A stretch of 55,942 bases of DNA, from contig JAFGFY010000057.1 of assembly GCA_016930795.1 (NCBI GenBank), positions 1 to 55,942 on the forward strand, given 5' to 3'. The translations under genes and the position numbers were made by a program. This document shows positions 1 through 10,347 of the stretch, piece after piece (position 1 is the stretch's first letter; each line of letters opens with the position of its first letter). Under the pieces are notes generated by a model. That model was not told where the DNA came from. It saw only the letters and a program-made list of their open reading frames with translations, and searched no databases. The DNA comes from Deltaproteobacteria bacterium. Its GTDB lineage: Bacteria > Desulfobacterota > DSM-4660 > Desulfatiglandales > HGW-15.

Positions 1-461
1 AGGAGAGAATCGCTTTTCTTACCTCCAGGTTAAACCGACCCTTACGGGTATGCGGCATGGTGAAAAATGTAAGCGAGCCCGGAGGCGGGCCATTCTGGGT
101 TGAACATCAGGATCATTCCATTTCTCTTCAAATCGTTGAAACCTCTCAGGTAGAAATAAAATCAGCTACACAAAGGGATATTTGGAGCTCGTCGACCCAT
201 TTCAGTCCCGTTGATCTGGTCTGTGGAGTCCGCGATTTCATGGGAAAGCCCTTTGACTTGACGCGTTTTGTGGACCCTGATACGGGATTTATATCTACCA
301 AATCTAAACAGGGCAGGGAACTCAAGGCCCTGGAACTCCCCGGTCTCTGGAACGGAGCTATGGCGCATTGGAATTCAGTCTTTGTGCAAGTCCCTTCAAT
401 CACATTCAATCCGATAAAAACTGTCCTAGATTTACTCCGAGAAGAGCATCAATCCGCATGA
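1..461 (+). CDS. DUF4301-like protein, C-terminal fragment (5' end lies outside the window)
   Basis: The frame is open from nt 3 with no stop into track ORF 57..461. The tail (RVCGMVKNVSEPGGGPFWV ... ALELPGLWNGAMAHWNSVFVQVP ... FNPIKTVLDLL) resembles DUF4301 C-termini as I recall them; not searched. Confidence 0.6.
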   Translation, partial: ERIAFLTSRLNRPLRVCGMVKNVSEPGGGPFWVEHQDHSISLQIVETSQVEIKSATQRDIWSSSTHFSPVDLVCGVRDFMGKPFDLTRFVDPDTGFISTKSKQGRELKALELPGLWNGAMAHWNSVFVQVPSITFNPIKTVLDLLREEHQSA

Positions 462-613
462 TCTTGACTTGGGTATCATGACTTGATATGAATTCTTCAC
501 CTTGGGGAATGGTCATTCTTCTCCACATTCCTGGTATTTCTTCAGCCCGTTCCTTTGCTGGGTGGTATCCCGAGTAGATTCAATCAATAAATAGTCCTTT
601 CTGGAGGGACTTT

Positions 614-2191
614 GTGAGTAGAAAACATTGGGGTTCCATAGCGTTCTTTGTGATCGGGGTAGCATTATTGATATTCGGGCCCGATCTGTTTAATGCTGTC
701 TGGACATTCCCAAACAATTTCGAAATCCTCCAGGGTTTTCCTCCTCTGATGGTCATCCTGTTGCTCGGCACGGGCGTTTCTGTGACAGTCTATCTATTTT
801 TTCCTCAGCTCAGATACTTTTGGCACGGAATCAGGGTCACCACGGGTGCCTATGATGATCCTAATGACGAAGGGGATCTGAACCACTTCCGAGCCCTGGC
901 AACCGCCTTATCCGCCACCGTTGGAATCGGGAATATTGCCGGAGTCGCCACCGCCCTTTATTACGGAGGGCCGGGGGCCCTTTTCTGGATGTGGGTTACC
1001 GCCATCTTTGGGACCACCCTAAAATATGCCGAATGCACTTTGTCCCTAAAATACCGAGAGATCCATGAGGGTGGCGTGACGGCAGGAGGCCCAATGTACA
1101 CCATAGAAAACGGACTCGGTAAAAATTTCATGTGGCTCGCTGGGGGTTTTGCTGCCTTTGCCGTTATCTGCTCATTTGCCACAGGAAACGCCATTCAGGC
1201 CTTCACGGCTTCCGACCAGATTCGTTCCGAATTCGTCCAGATCCTAAGCGAAGATCATTTTATCACGGCCAAGTTTGCTTTGTGGGCCGGCTATGAACTA
1301 AGCGTCATACAGATTGTCAACGGCCTTTGCCTGGCCACGATTGTCGGATTGGTCATCATCGGCGGCATTAAGAGAATCGGTCGGGTGACCGGTTACCTCG
1401 CGCCGATTATGGCCTGTATCTATACGATATCAGCACTCTTGATCTTGGCTTCTCGCTTTCCTTACCTGGGGGAAAGCTTCGGACTAGTATTGAGCATGGC
1501 CTTCAATCCCCCTGCCGAGATTGCGGGTGTAGGAGGCGGCGCCTTTCTGGTGATGCTCAATACCATGCTATGGGGTATTAAACGGGGACTCTATTCCAAT
1601 GAGGCAGGTCAAGGCAGCGCGGCCATCGCCCACTCCACGGCCAAGACAAAATACCCTGCCCGTGAGGGCACCGTGGCCCTACTCGGTCCTTATATTGATA
1701 CCTTGCTCATATGCTCCCTCACAGGACTGGTGATTATTTCAACCGGCACCTGGCATCATACCGAGTTTTATGTCAACAGGATCGACCCCAAATTCGCCGG
1801 TGAGTTGCTTAACAGTAGTCTACTCACTTCATTTGCCTTTAAACAGGGATTGAGCTGGTTGTTCGGCTACGGCGACAAGATCGTGACCCTCAGCGTCTTG
1901 CTGTTTGCCGTATCCACCTGCATAAGCTGGTCATTCTATGGAGATCGGGCCGCCGATTACCTGTTCGGATCTAATGCTGTTCTCCCCTACAAATGGGTAT
2001 ATATCCTTTTTGTATTTATCGGTTCGATAGCCGAACTAGAAGCTGTATGGGATTTCGGTGATGCGGCCCTGGGTTTTATGACCTTCCCAAACCTGATTTC
2101 CGTTATTCTCCTATCAGGCGCATTGAAGAAAATGACTCGTGAATATTTTTCAGTCAAACATCTCACTTACAAAGAAAGGTATACGGTGTAA
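614..2191 (+). CDS. alanine/glycine:cation (Na+) symporter, AGCS family
   Basis: 525-aa polytopic ORF with a GTG start. Motifs GIGNIAGVATA, GGPGALFWMW and SNEAGQGSAAIAHS are typical of AlsT-type carriers. Confidence 0.9.
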   Translation: MSRKHWGSIAFFVIGVALLIFGPDLFNAVWTFPNNFEILQGFPPLMVILLLGTGVSVTVYLFFPQLRYFWHGIRVTTGAYDDPNDEGDLNHFRALATALSATVGIGNIAGVATALYYGGPGALFWMWVTAIFGTTLKYAECTLSLKYREIHEGGVTAGGPMYTIENGLGKNFMWLAGGFAAFAVICSFATGNAIQAFTASDQIRSEFVQILSEDHFITAKFALWAGYELSVIQIVNGLCLATIVGLVIIGGIKRIGRVTGYLAPIMACIYTISALLILASRFPYLGESFGLVLSMAFNPPAEIAGVGGGAFLVMLNTMLWGIKRGLYSNEAGQGSAAIAHSTAKTKYPAREGTVALLGPYIDTLLICSLTGLVIISTGTWHHTEFYVNRIDPKFAGELLNSSLLTSFAFKQGLSWLFGYGDKIVTLSVLLFAVSTCISWSFYGDRAADYLFGSNAVLPYKWVYILFVFIGSIAELEAVWDFGDAALGFMTFPNLISVILLSGALKKMTREYFSVKHLTYKERYTV

Positions 2192-2213
2192 GGTATAAGG
2201 TAGAGAGGACGCG

Positions 2214-2399
2214 ATGAATCAAGAAGAATCTAAGGGACAGAAACCTATCTCTGAAAGACTGGAGGCCGTGAGAAACCTTCCCAAAGACATTCTAAAGACC
2301 CTTACAAAATTAGAAGTCAAGGCATTTCTCTATGATGATGTTTGGCCCGAATCGCTTCGCGAAAAACTGAAAGATTATGTGGTGGACGAAGAAGAATGA
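2214..2399 (+). CDS. small acidic hypothetical protein (61 aa)
   Basis: ATG preceded by GAGAGGA. It sits between two co-directional transporter genes. No recognisable domain. Confidence 0.4.
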   Translation: MNQEESKGQKPISERLEAVRNLPKDILKTLTKLEVKAFLYDDVWPESLREKLKDYVVDEEE

Positions 2400-2454
2400 A
2401 AATGGTCATTCTCCGTATTGAACTATGACGCAAACAAAATGACAGGGGAACTCA

Positions 2455-3960
2455 ATGAAAAGGGAGCAGTGGAAGAGCCAATTCGGTTTTCTCATGGCAG
2501 CCGTGGGATCGGCCATCGGCTTGGGCAATATCTGGCGTTTCAGCTATCTGGCCTATAAAAACGGCGGAGGGGCCTTTCTTATCCCCTATATTACGGCGCT
2601 TCTGACAGCCGGGATCGCCCTTCTGATTCTTGAATTCGGCGTGGGACACGAACGCATCGGATCAGCGCCTCTGGCCTATGCTAGAATCAACCGGAGATGG
2701 GAATGGCTCGGATGGTGGTCGGTCATCTTTGTGATGTTCGGCATTGTCCTCTACTACACCGTCATCATTGGCTGGTGCTTGAACTTCTTTTTCTACTCCT
2801 TTGATCTAGTCTGGGGGAACGACCCCAATGACTTCTTTTTCAATAAATTCCTCCATATCAGCAGCGGTCCTTCCGAAATCGGCCAGACCAGAACTCCGAT
2901 TCTTATTGGCGTGATTGTCGTCTGGTTTTTCAACTGGGCCATCGTCTACCGCGGCATACAAAAAGGTGTTGAACTGGCCAATAAGATTTTTATGCCCCTA
3001 CTATTCATCCTAACGATAGTACTCGTCTCCTGGGCCGTGTCATTTGAGGGTGCCCTTTCAGGCATCAAAGCCTATCTGACCCCTGATTTTTCGAAACTTT
3101 CCAGCCCAGAAGTATGGATCGATGCCTATAGTCAAATCTTTTTCACCCTCAGTCTCGGGTTCGGCATTATGATAACATACGCCAGTTACTTGCCGGCCAA
3201 GTCTGATCTGACAAAAAACGCCATACTGACGGCCTTTATCAATTGCGGTTTTTCCATTTTCGCCGGCTTCGCCGTCTTCTCGGTCCTTGGCTTCATGGCC
3301 ACATCTCAAAACCTGCCCATTTCCGATGTGGTCAGAGAGAGTATCGGGCTGGCCTTTGTAGCCTACCCCAAGGCTATCAGCATGATGCCCGCCGGCCAAC
3401 TCTTCGGCGCCATCTTCTTTTTAAGCCTAGTGATTGCAGGTCTCTCTTCCTCTGTATCCATAGTCGAGGCCTTTAGCGCGGCGTATATGGACAAATTCGG
3501 GGGAGAAAAGAAAAAAATCGTCACCGTCCTTTGCGTACTGGGTCTGCTGGGCTCCATTATATTTACGACAGAAGGGGGTCTGTTCTGGTTGGACATTGTG
3601 GACCACTTCCTGAACCATTATGGTCTTGTTGTTGTGGGAGTTGGTGAATGCATTTTAGTGGGTTGGATGTTCAAACTGGAAGTCATTCGAAGACATATCA
3701 ACAAGGTATCTTCCATCAGCCTGGGGGTCTGGTGGAATGTCCTTATCAAATTCATCGTTCCCATGATCTTGTCCCTTATTATTATATGGGATCTTTATCA
3801 TGAGTTGGAACAACCCTATGAGAATTACTCTTGGACTTCTCTGATTCTGATTGGAAGAGACTGGGTATTATTTACTCTTGTCGCGGGTATTGTTTTTGCC
3901 ATGAGGCCTTGGAAGACCGACCTTCTTGATCAGGAGATAGTGCGGAAACCTAGCGAGTAG
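2455..3960 (+). CDS. sodium-dependent transporter, NSS/SNF family
   Basis: 501 aa with about 11-12 hydrophobic segments. N-terminal signature WKSQFGFLMAAVGSAIGLGNIWRFSYLAYKNGGGAFLIPY. Confidence 0.9.
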   Translation: MKREQWKSQFGFLMAAVGSAIGLGNIWRFSYLAYKNGGGAFLIPYITALLTAGIALLILEFGVGHERIGSAPLAYARINRRWEWLGWWSVIFVMFGIVLYYTVIIGWCLNFFFYSFDLVWGNDPNDFFFNKFLHISSGPSEIGQTRTPILIGVIVVWFFNWAIVYRGIQKGVELANKIFMPLLFILTIVLVSWAVSFEGALSGIKAYLTPDFSKLSSPEVWIDAYSQIFFTLSLGFGIMITYASYLPAKSDLTKNAILTAFINCGFSIFAGFAVFSVLGFMATSQNLPISDVVRESIGLAFVAYPKAISMMPAGQLFGAIFFLSLVIAGLSSSVSIVEAFSAAYMDKFGGEKKKIVTVLCVLGLLGSIIFTTEGGLFWLDIVDHFLNHYGLVVVGVGECILVGWMFKLEVIRRHINKVSSISLGVWWNVLIKFIVPMILSLIIIWDLYHELEQPYENYSWTSLILIGRDWVLFTLVAGIVFAMRPWKTDLLDQEIVRKPSE

Positions 3961-4048
3961 GAGTCTTCAAGCCAAAATTGGATAGATGGGTACAGACAGG
4001 AAAAATAAAACCTTTAGAATGGTAATGAAGAGAAGAAGTAAAATTGAG

Positions 4049-6274
4049 TTACCCCACGCAACCTAGACTGGGATCTTGAACAGCGATTCCTTTGCGTTTT
4101 CTTTTTTTTTTCGTGATCTGACACAACAAGGTTTTGAAAACGGGGAAACCGGATATTTCGTCAAACTGCTCCGAATCCGTTAACATATTGACGTTGGCTT
4201 CTTTCCATTCATCCGGCCCTAACGGTCCACCCCCGCCGACCGGAGCATAGACAAATCCTTGCATGATTTTTTCCGTTACGAAGGCCCTCATTCGTATTGA
4301 TCCCCGGGCTGTTTTAATAGTCACCAGGTCACCCGTCTTAATGCCCCGATCCTCGGCATCCGATTCATTCATTTCAACCACAGGATGAGGATATTTTTCG
4401 ATGAAACTGGGGATGGATCGCAAACAGGATTTCATATCCGGTTTGAAAGGTCCTGTTCCCAAAATCAACGGGTACTCTTTGAACATTTCTGGATTACTCA
4501 TAGGCGTCTCATCAGATTCCTCATATCTGGGGATGCCGCTATACCCGTACTCTTTCAGGATACTCGATTTGATCTCAAACTTGCCTGACGGCGTTTCAAA
4601 GCCTGGTTGTCCGTCCGCTCGTAACAATCCTGTTTCCCATTTCCGGTACACCATTTCACTACGAGGGCTTCTCAGCACGTGTCTCTCCGCTTTCAGCAGA
4701 TTTTCAACCGTATAACCCGACTCGCTCAAGATATAGTCAAGAAGCTCCCCTCTACTCTGCGGATACAGGTCTCCATATCCGAGGCGTTTGGCCAATTCTA
4801 CAAGGATATCGTAGGGCGGCTTAGACTCGCCAACCGGATCTATGATTTTTTCTCTAAATCTCAATGCATTTCCATAAAAACAATATGATTCCTGCTCAAA
4901 TCCTGTCGTAGAAGGCAAAACGATATCTGCATAAGCCATATCCGCGGTTAATTGCAGGTTGATGCAGACCATAAAATCCAATTCACATAATGCCCTTTTC
5001 CATATACGGGGATTGGGCCAAGATGTCAGAAGTGATGCCCCCAAAACAATCAGTGATCTGATCTTGTAGGGATCCCCGTCAATAATCGATTTTGGCAGGA
5101 GACTCGCGTGTGGTTCTCCCCCACAAAAATGGGAATAGACCGGAAATCGATTCTTTCCAATTGATTGATCCAAACCAGGCGTCTCGATTTGCCTGCTTGT
5201 GGGTAAATGGAAAGAGTTCTCTCTTCTCAGAAAACAACGCCCTCCCTCCACATCCAATTGTCCGGCAAGGGCCCACAGGACCATGACGGCTCGTATGTTT
5301 TGGACGCCACTCTTCGTATACTCCAACCCCGTATACATGAGATAGGTCGCGCCTTCAGCATCGACAATACGCTCAGCCAGGTCTTCAATCTTGTCCTCAT
5401 CAATCCCCGTTGTCTTGGACACGTATTCCGGCTTAAAGTCTCTTACATACTCTGAGAAATCTTCAAAACCTACGGTCCAATCTTTCACGAATTCCTTATC
5501 ATAAAGGTTATCTCTTATCAGGATATGGGCCAAACCCAAAGCCAGCGCGCCATCAGTTCCAGGTCTGATCTTAATCCATTCACTCCCTTCCAACTCAGTC
5601 GCTTTTGTCTTTCTGGGATCTATGACAATGATTTCAGCACCCTCCTCTGAGGCTGTTTTCAGACGCTCAAACATCTCCGGCGGCGTTGAAGTGGATGGAT
5701 CCGTTCCCCAAACCAGGATCAAGTCGGCATTATCCACATCAGAAAACATATCGATATGTCGGCATCCCATAGTCAGTTTTGGAGCCAAAACCCCTAATGA
5801 GGCATAACAGGGTGCGCCTACACCAAACGTATTCGGAGAGCCAAAAGGGAACAAGACACTGGAAGCCAAGTATATTTCAGAGCCCTTTAATTGAAATACA
5901 TCCTTAAAAGACCTTTCATAGGAACCCGTACCGGCATAGATCCCTACAGTTTCCGGGCCATATAATTCCTTTAACTCAGTAAGCTTATGCGCTATGGTTT
6001 CAAAGGCCTCATCCCAAGAGATCTGTTCGAATTCATAAGTTCCTTTCGGACCGACTCTTTTCATGGGATGTTTTAGCCTTTGCTCTGAATAGACGATTTC
6101 CTTTACACTGCCCGCGATGGGACACAGAATTTTGCCGAGAGGTGCGCCAGGATCGGGGTCTAACCGGTCTATTCTGCCTTGTTCATCAAAATGGACGATC
6201 ACCCCACAACCAGGGCTGTGAAAACATAAACCGCAGATGCCGTATTTCTTTTCCAAAACATTTACTCCACACAA
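4049..6274 (-). CDS. cytoplasmic molybdopterin oxidoreductase (DMSO-reductase/MopB superfamily), Cys-rich N-terminal Fe-S site
   Basis: 741 aa with no Tat signal. N-terminal CGLCFHSPGC...C cluster; LILVWGTDP and IIVIDPRKT segments; C-terminal molybdopterin-binding barrel (GIKTGDLVTIKTARGSI). Confidence 0.85.
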   Translation of the reverse strand: MCGVNVLEKKYGICGLCFHSPGCGVIVHFDEQGRIDRLDPDPGAPLGKILCPIAGSVKEIVYSEQRLKHPMKRVGPKGTYEFEQISWDEAFETIAHKLTELKELYGPETVGIYAGTGSYERSFKDVFQLKGSEIYLASSVLFPFGSPNTFGVGAPCYASLGVLAPKLTMGCRHIDMFSDVDNADLILVWGTDPSTSTPPEMFERLKTASEEGAEIIVIDPRKTKATELEGSEWIKIRPGTDGALALGLAHILIRDNLYDKEFVKDWTVGFEDFSEYVRDFKPEYVSKTTGIDEDKIEDLAERIVDAEGATYLMYTGLEYTKSGVQNIRAVMVLWALAGQLDVEGGRCFLRRENSFHLPTSRQIETPGLDQSIGKNRFPVYSHFCGGEPHASLLPKSIIDGDPYKIRSLIVLGASLLTSWPNPRIWKRALCELDFMVCINLQLTADMAYADIVLPSTTGFEQESYCFYGNALRFREKIIDPVGESKPPYDILVELAKRLGYGDLYPQSRGELLDYILSESGYTVENLLKAERHVLRSPRSEMVYRKWETGLLRADGQPGFETPSGKFEIKSSILKEYGYSGIPRYEESDETPMSNPEMFKEYPLILGTGPFKPDMKSCLRSIPSFIEKYPHPVVEMNESDAEDRGIKTGDLVTIKTARGSIRMRAFVTEKIMQGFVYAPVGGGGPLGPDEWKEANVNMLTDSEQFDEISGFPVFKTLLCQITKKKRKRKGIAVQDPSLGCVG

Positions 6275-6283
6275 AGAAGACTT

Positions 6284-7225
6284 TTATCGAGTGGCAACAA
6301 CAGATTGCGAATTGATGTGCTCCCATAAATTCGCTGTTTTTCGAATCTTCCAGGCGATATCCTTTTTCTCGATGATTTCTAAGGGTGGATCGAATAGACC
6401 ATCCCCATCTGATAGGATGCGGTGGATATTGCCTATACCACGGCCTTTATACTGGCCGTCTGATTTTCCACCTAACCATAATCCAGAATCCATGACGGAT
6501 TCGTCCCAAGAGAAAGGATCTGAGAACAAAAACATCGAGTCTTTTTCGCGTAAAACCCGATCGGCTTCAGCTAAATGCAGCAGTGGGTCCGGGACTTTCT
6601 CCAATATATTCACGGACGAAACAGCTGAAAAAAGACTTTTTGGAAAGGGAAGCGCCAAGGCGTCCGCGACAATGAATTCCATATTGTCATAATTCCATTG
6701 ATCATCCAGATCACAGGAACGCCTTTCAGTAATATATCCTTCAATGATGAGTTCAAAATCCAGCCTTCTCTTGATCAACAGTTCCCGTGCCTTTTCGATA
6801 AAGGTCTTGGATGTATCAATCCCGATGACATGAGAATAGGTCTTGCTCATTTCAAAGGATAGCCTTCCAACAGCACATCCGATATCCAAAGCATAGCCGT
6901 TTGTGCCTTTGAAATTGGCCGACCATATCCTATAGGCATCGGTTGCGTCAGGATCATTGAAAAAATCACAGAAATGACTCCACAAATATGAAGACAGCAT
7001 CTCTCTTGAATTATAACCCATACCGTTCGACAACAACGCCTGTGACCTTTCAGGTAAAATGAACGCAATACCCTTCTTTATCGGGTATTTTCGTCCACAA
7101 TTCGAGCATATGAGTCCCCCTTCTATCACGTCCTCATCCTCTTCTTCACTTATGTCAAGCTCTAAGGGCATTTCTTCAGGGATGCATTCCGGGCACAAAA
7201 GATTCTCATTCAACCATTTCTTCAT
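6284..7225 (-). CDS. class I SAM-dependent methyltransferase with N-terminal Trm112-like zinc ribbon
   Basis: CPEC...CSNCGRKYPIKKGIAFIL ribbon plus ALDIGCAVGR SAM motif I. Its stop lies 9 nt upstream of the molybdoenzyme start. Confidence 0.8.
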   Translation of the reverse strand: MKKWLNENLLCPECIPEEMPLELDISEEEDEDVIEGGLICSNCGRKYPIKKGIAFILPERSQALLSNGMGYNSREMLSSYLWSHFCDFFNDPDATDAYRIWSANFKGTNGYALDIGCAVGRLSFEMSKTYSHVIGIDTSKTFIEKARELLIKRRLDFELIIEGYITERRSCDLDDQWNYDNMEFIVADALALPFPKSLFSAVSSVNILEKVPDPLLHLAEADRVLREKDSMFLFSDPFSWDESVMDSGLWLGGKSDGQYKGRGIGNIHRILSDGDGLFDPPLEIIEKKDIAWKIRKTANLWEHINSQSVVATR

Positions 7226-7626
7226 TGCTTATTCGCCCCTTCCAACCATTTCTGTCTTCCGTTTTCGTATATTGAGGGCCACCCCGATTCAGCGATGCAA
7301 GGAGCCTATGGCCCGGACACTTGAATCATATTTTCTGTGATTTCGCGTCGTTGATCATAGCCCACAATGTGGTAGTTCAATATAAGTCGATTCGCTTTGT
7401 GTGTCAATTCGTAGAGTTCAATGACAGGGTCGTAATTCAAACTGCTTTCAGAAAGAGTCTATGGATGATCTTGGAGAAAATCAACTCGTTATCCAAACAA
7501 GCGGCGTTACACCTATCATCTATCTGCGACCCTGGATCTCGGCATCAGGGCTTGTGCAAATCCCTTAAGTAAAGCCGTAGAACCTCAGCATTATATGCTG
7601 AACCAGTACCAATGCCTAGAAACCGC

Positions 7627-7655
7627 TTGACAATAGCATATTAGGGTGATAGAAA
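7627..7655 (+). promoter_or_regulatory. candidate sigma70 promoter of the rpsF operon
   Basis: TTGACA-17 nt-TAGAAA, about 110 nt upstream of rpsF. Confidence 0.4.
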
Positions 7656-7765
7656 AATGGGTTTTGATTTGACCGTCTCCTTGCTCCGTCTCACCCCCAA
7701 AGGATGCCGATAGAAGGCGGAGTCGATATAATAATCCAATAAAGAGACCGAAAGGAGAACAGACC

Positions 7766-8221
7766 ATGCGGCACTATGAAACCCTCTATATCATCAGCCC
7801 GGAATTGGGCGATGAGGACTACAAGGCTGTTGTAACCAAACATACCGACCTCATCGAGAAGGAAAAAGGTGTCATAATCAAGCTGGAAGAGTGGGGTAAG
7901 CGAAGGTTCGCTTATGAGCTGAAGAAATTTGATCAAGGTTTTTATGTACTTATGGACTATTGCGGTGGGGCCGAAATCACGGCTGAAATCTCCAGAGCTC
8001 TTAAACTCGATGACAAAGTTCTCAAATATCAGACCATTAAGCTCGATGACAATGTGAATCCCGAGGACTTGATAAAGGAGGCGAAAAAAGTCGAAGAAGA
8101 GGCTGCAAAGGAGGCTGTGGAGGAGGCTGTCGCAATAGAAGATCAGATACCTGAGAAAGAAGAGACTTTCGAGGAAGAGGCCTTAGAGCCGGATCAAGAG
8201 GTGGACCATGGCATTCAATAG
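7766..8221 (+). CDS. rpsF: 30S ribosomal protein S6 with long acidic C-terminal tail
   Basis: [14 protein letters not shown]...RRFAYEL signature; GGAG RBS. Confidence 0.95.
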   Translation: MRHYETLYIISPELGDEDYKAVVTKHTDLIEKEKGVIIKLEEWGKRRFAYELKKFDQGFYVLMDYCGGAEITAEISRALKLDDKVLKYQTIKLDDNVNPEDLIKEAKKVEEEAAKEAVEEAVAIEDQIPEKEETFEEEALEPDQEVDHGIQ

Positions 8222-8453
8222 ACGGAAAACGACTTATCACAGAAGAAAGGTCTGCAGATTTTGTGCTGACAGCAGTATCGTGATTGATTACAAGGACCCC
8301 AGAATGCTGAGGTATTACACCACTGAACGTGGCAAAATCACGCCGCGACGCATCTCAGGCACCTGCGCTAAACATCAAAGGGTCCTGACTGTCGCCATAA
8401 AAAGGGCCAGAAATATTGCGCTGTTACCCTTCACAACGTCAATTCTGAAATAG
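8208..8453 (+). CDS. rpsR: 30S ribosomal protein S18
   Basis: CRFCAD...IDYKD...[37 protein letters not shown]. Overlaps the rpsF end by 14 nt. Confidence 0.95.
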   Translation: MAFNRRKTTYHRRKVCRFCADSSIVIDYKDPRMLRYYTTERGKITPRRISGTCAKHQRVLTVAIKRARNIALLPFTTSILK

Positions 8454-8662
8454 CTTAGGAACCCGACAAGTAGCCCTCAAAACATGTTCCTGTTGACTCT
8501 TGCGACATGGCTGTTCAGTCCTAACGCTCTCCATAGAAGATGACCATTCGAGCGCCAATCCCATGCCAAAAACTGCAGGGTTGGCTTTCGCCATGGCCCG
8601 AGCCGTTAGACACCGAGATTTGTTGATGAGGTCAAATTGAGCCGCTCATTGCTGAAAGGCTC

Positions 8663-9625
8663 ATGGTTTTGGGAAGTGTCTTCACAGCTGAAGTTATGAA
8701 ACCGACAGATATCATAGGGTGCGCGGGTTCGGTGGTCCTGCTTCTCTCTGCCGCCACCTGGATTCCCGTGCTGGGGTTGTTTTTCGCCCTTGTTACGCCC
8801 TTACCCTTTCTTTACTACGCAACACGACTTGGGCCTCGTGATGGCGTGAAGATCACCGTTGTCACCCTCATTTTTGTGGGGCTACTCAGCAAATTAGCTG
8901 GACATCCGCAGATGATGGTTTCTTGCTTTGAATCCGGCATACTTGGCCTCATTCTTTCAGAGCTCTACAGAAGAAGATTCACTCTGGGTTTCACTATAGT
9001 CTTGGGAACCTGCTCAGTCCTTATTGTTTCTATCCTCCTCTTGTCCTTGGTCACATCATTAGAAAAAATGGGGTCCACGGGGGTGAATCCGGAATCTCAT
9101 AAGAGTCATAATGAAGAGATCATTGAGGCTTATAAAGACTGGGGGTTTGATGAAGATGAAGCCGTTCAATTCCAAAAGGTTATAGAGGATATTATCCCAA
9201 AAATCTACCCGGCCATGTTCATCCTGGGGACGACCCTTAGCGTCTGTTTTATTGTGGTTCTAAGCAGACCGTTATTCCGGTTCAAGGACCTCCCATACCC
9301 CAACTTCGGGCCTATGGATCAATGGCAGGCTCCTGAACTCATGGTTTGGGGTGTAATCGTTACAGGTTTTGCTTTATTTCTGACCACAGGTAGTATAAAG
9401 TTGTTTGCCGTCAATGCGTTGATCGTCATGTTGGCCATATACGTGTTTCACGGTCTGTCCATAACCCAGTTTTTTCTTAATAAATACCATGCGCCTCTTT
9501 TGGGAAGACTCGGGGTATACCTTTTGATCTTCATCCTGCCTTATTTTTTGGTCACCCTAGCTGTTGCAGGACTATTTGATCAATGGGCGGACTTTCGGAA
9601 ATTGAATCAGAAGGCCGTGACTTGA
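8663..9625 (+). CDS. DUF2232 (YybS-like) polytopic membrane protein
   Basis: 320-aa multi-TM ORF in the conserved position between rpsR and rplI. The exact start is uncertain. Confidence 0.7.
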   Translation: MVLGSVFTAEVMKPTDIIGCAGSVVLLLSAATWIPVLGLFFALVTPLPFLYYATRLGPRDGVKITVVTLIFVGLLSKLAGHPQMMVSCFESGILGLILSELYRRRFTLGFTIVLGTCSVLIVSILLLSLVTSLEKMGSTGVNPESHKSHNEEIIEAYKDWGFDEDEAVQFQKVIEDIIPKIYPAMFILGTTLSVCFIVVLSRPLFRFKDLPYPNFGPMDQWQAPELMVWGVIVTGFALFLTTGSIKLFAVNALIVMLAIYVFHGLSITQFFLNKYHAPLLGRLGVYLLIFILPYFLVTLAVAGLFDQWADFRKLNQKAVT

Positions 9626-9751
9626 CGTTAAGTGAACATCCAGGAATAAGCTTTATATGGAATGATCAATTGAATGAACATGTAGTGACTCCACCAAAGG
9701 GCCAAGAGCGAGAAATTTCCGGCCTGGGACATAGAAAGGGAGGAAAGATTA

Positions 9752-10210
9752 GTGAAAGTCATTTTAACACAAGATATTCATGATTTAGGTTTTGAAGGGG
9801 ATACAGTGAATGTAGCCAAAGGTCACGCCCGCAACTACCTCATCCCGAAAGGTCTCGCCTTGGAGGCCAACGAACAAAATATCAAATTGATGGAAACTCA
9901 GCGGAAGAAGATTGAACTTAAAAGAGCCCTCGCCAAAGAAGAAGCGGAGAAAATGAAGGAGAAGATGGCGGATATTGTGATCACTATCTCTCAGAAGGTC
10001 GGGGAAGGGGACAAATTGTTCGGTTCCGTTACCAGCATGGATATATCAGCTCATTTGGAGAAACAGGGTGTGAGTATTGATCGCCGGAAGATCGTCTTGG
10101 ATAAACCTATCAAGACCGCGGGAGAACATGAGGTTCCAGTCAAACTCTACCCCAAGATCCTAGGCTCCATAAAAGTTATTGTGGTCCCGGAAGAACAAGA
10201 CCAAACTTAG
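9752..10210 (+). CDS. rplI: 50S ribosomal protein L9
   Basis: MKVILTQDI...GDTVNVAKGHARNYLIPKGLA; GTG start after GGGAGG. Confidence 0.95.
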   Translation: MKVILTQDIHDLGFEGDTVNVAKGHARNYLIPKGLALEANEQNIKLMETQRKKIELKRALAKEEAEKMKEKMADIVITISQKVGEGDKLFGSVTSMDISAHLEKQGVSIDRRKIVLDKPIKTAGEHEVPVKLYPKILGSIKVIVVPEEQDQT

Positions 10211-10347
10211 CCCGAGAACAGTCGACTTCAACCATTTACAGAATTTTTGAGACGTTCATTCCAAACGGTAACCTTGGCTGAGTTCATTCTTCAGGAAGGC
10301 TTATGTGGCCAAGGCAAACGCTTTAACGAAAGGTTTCTGAATCTCGA

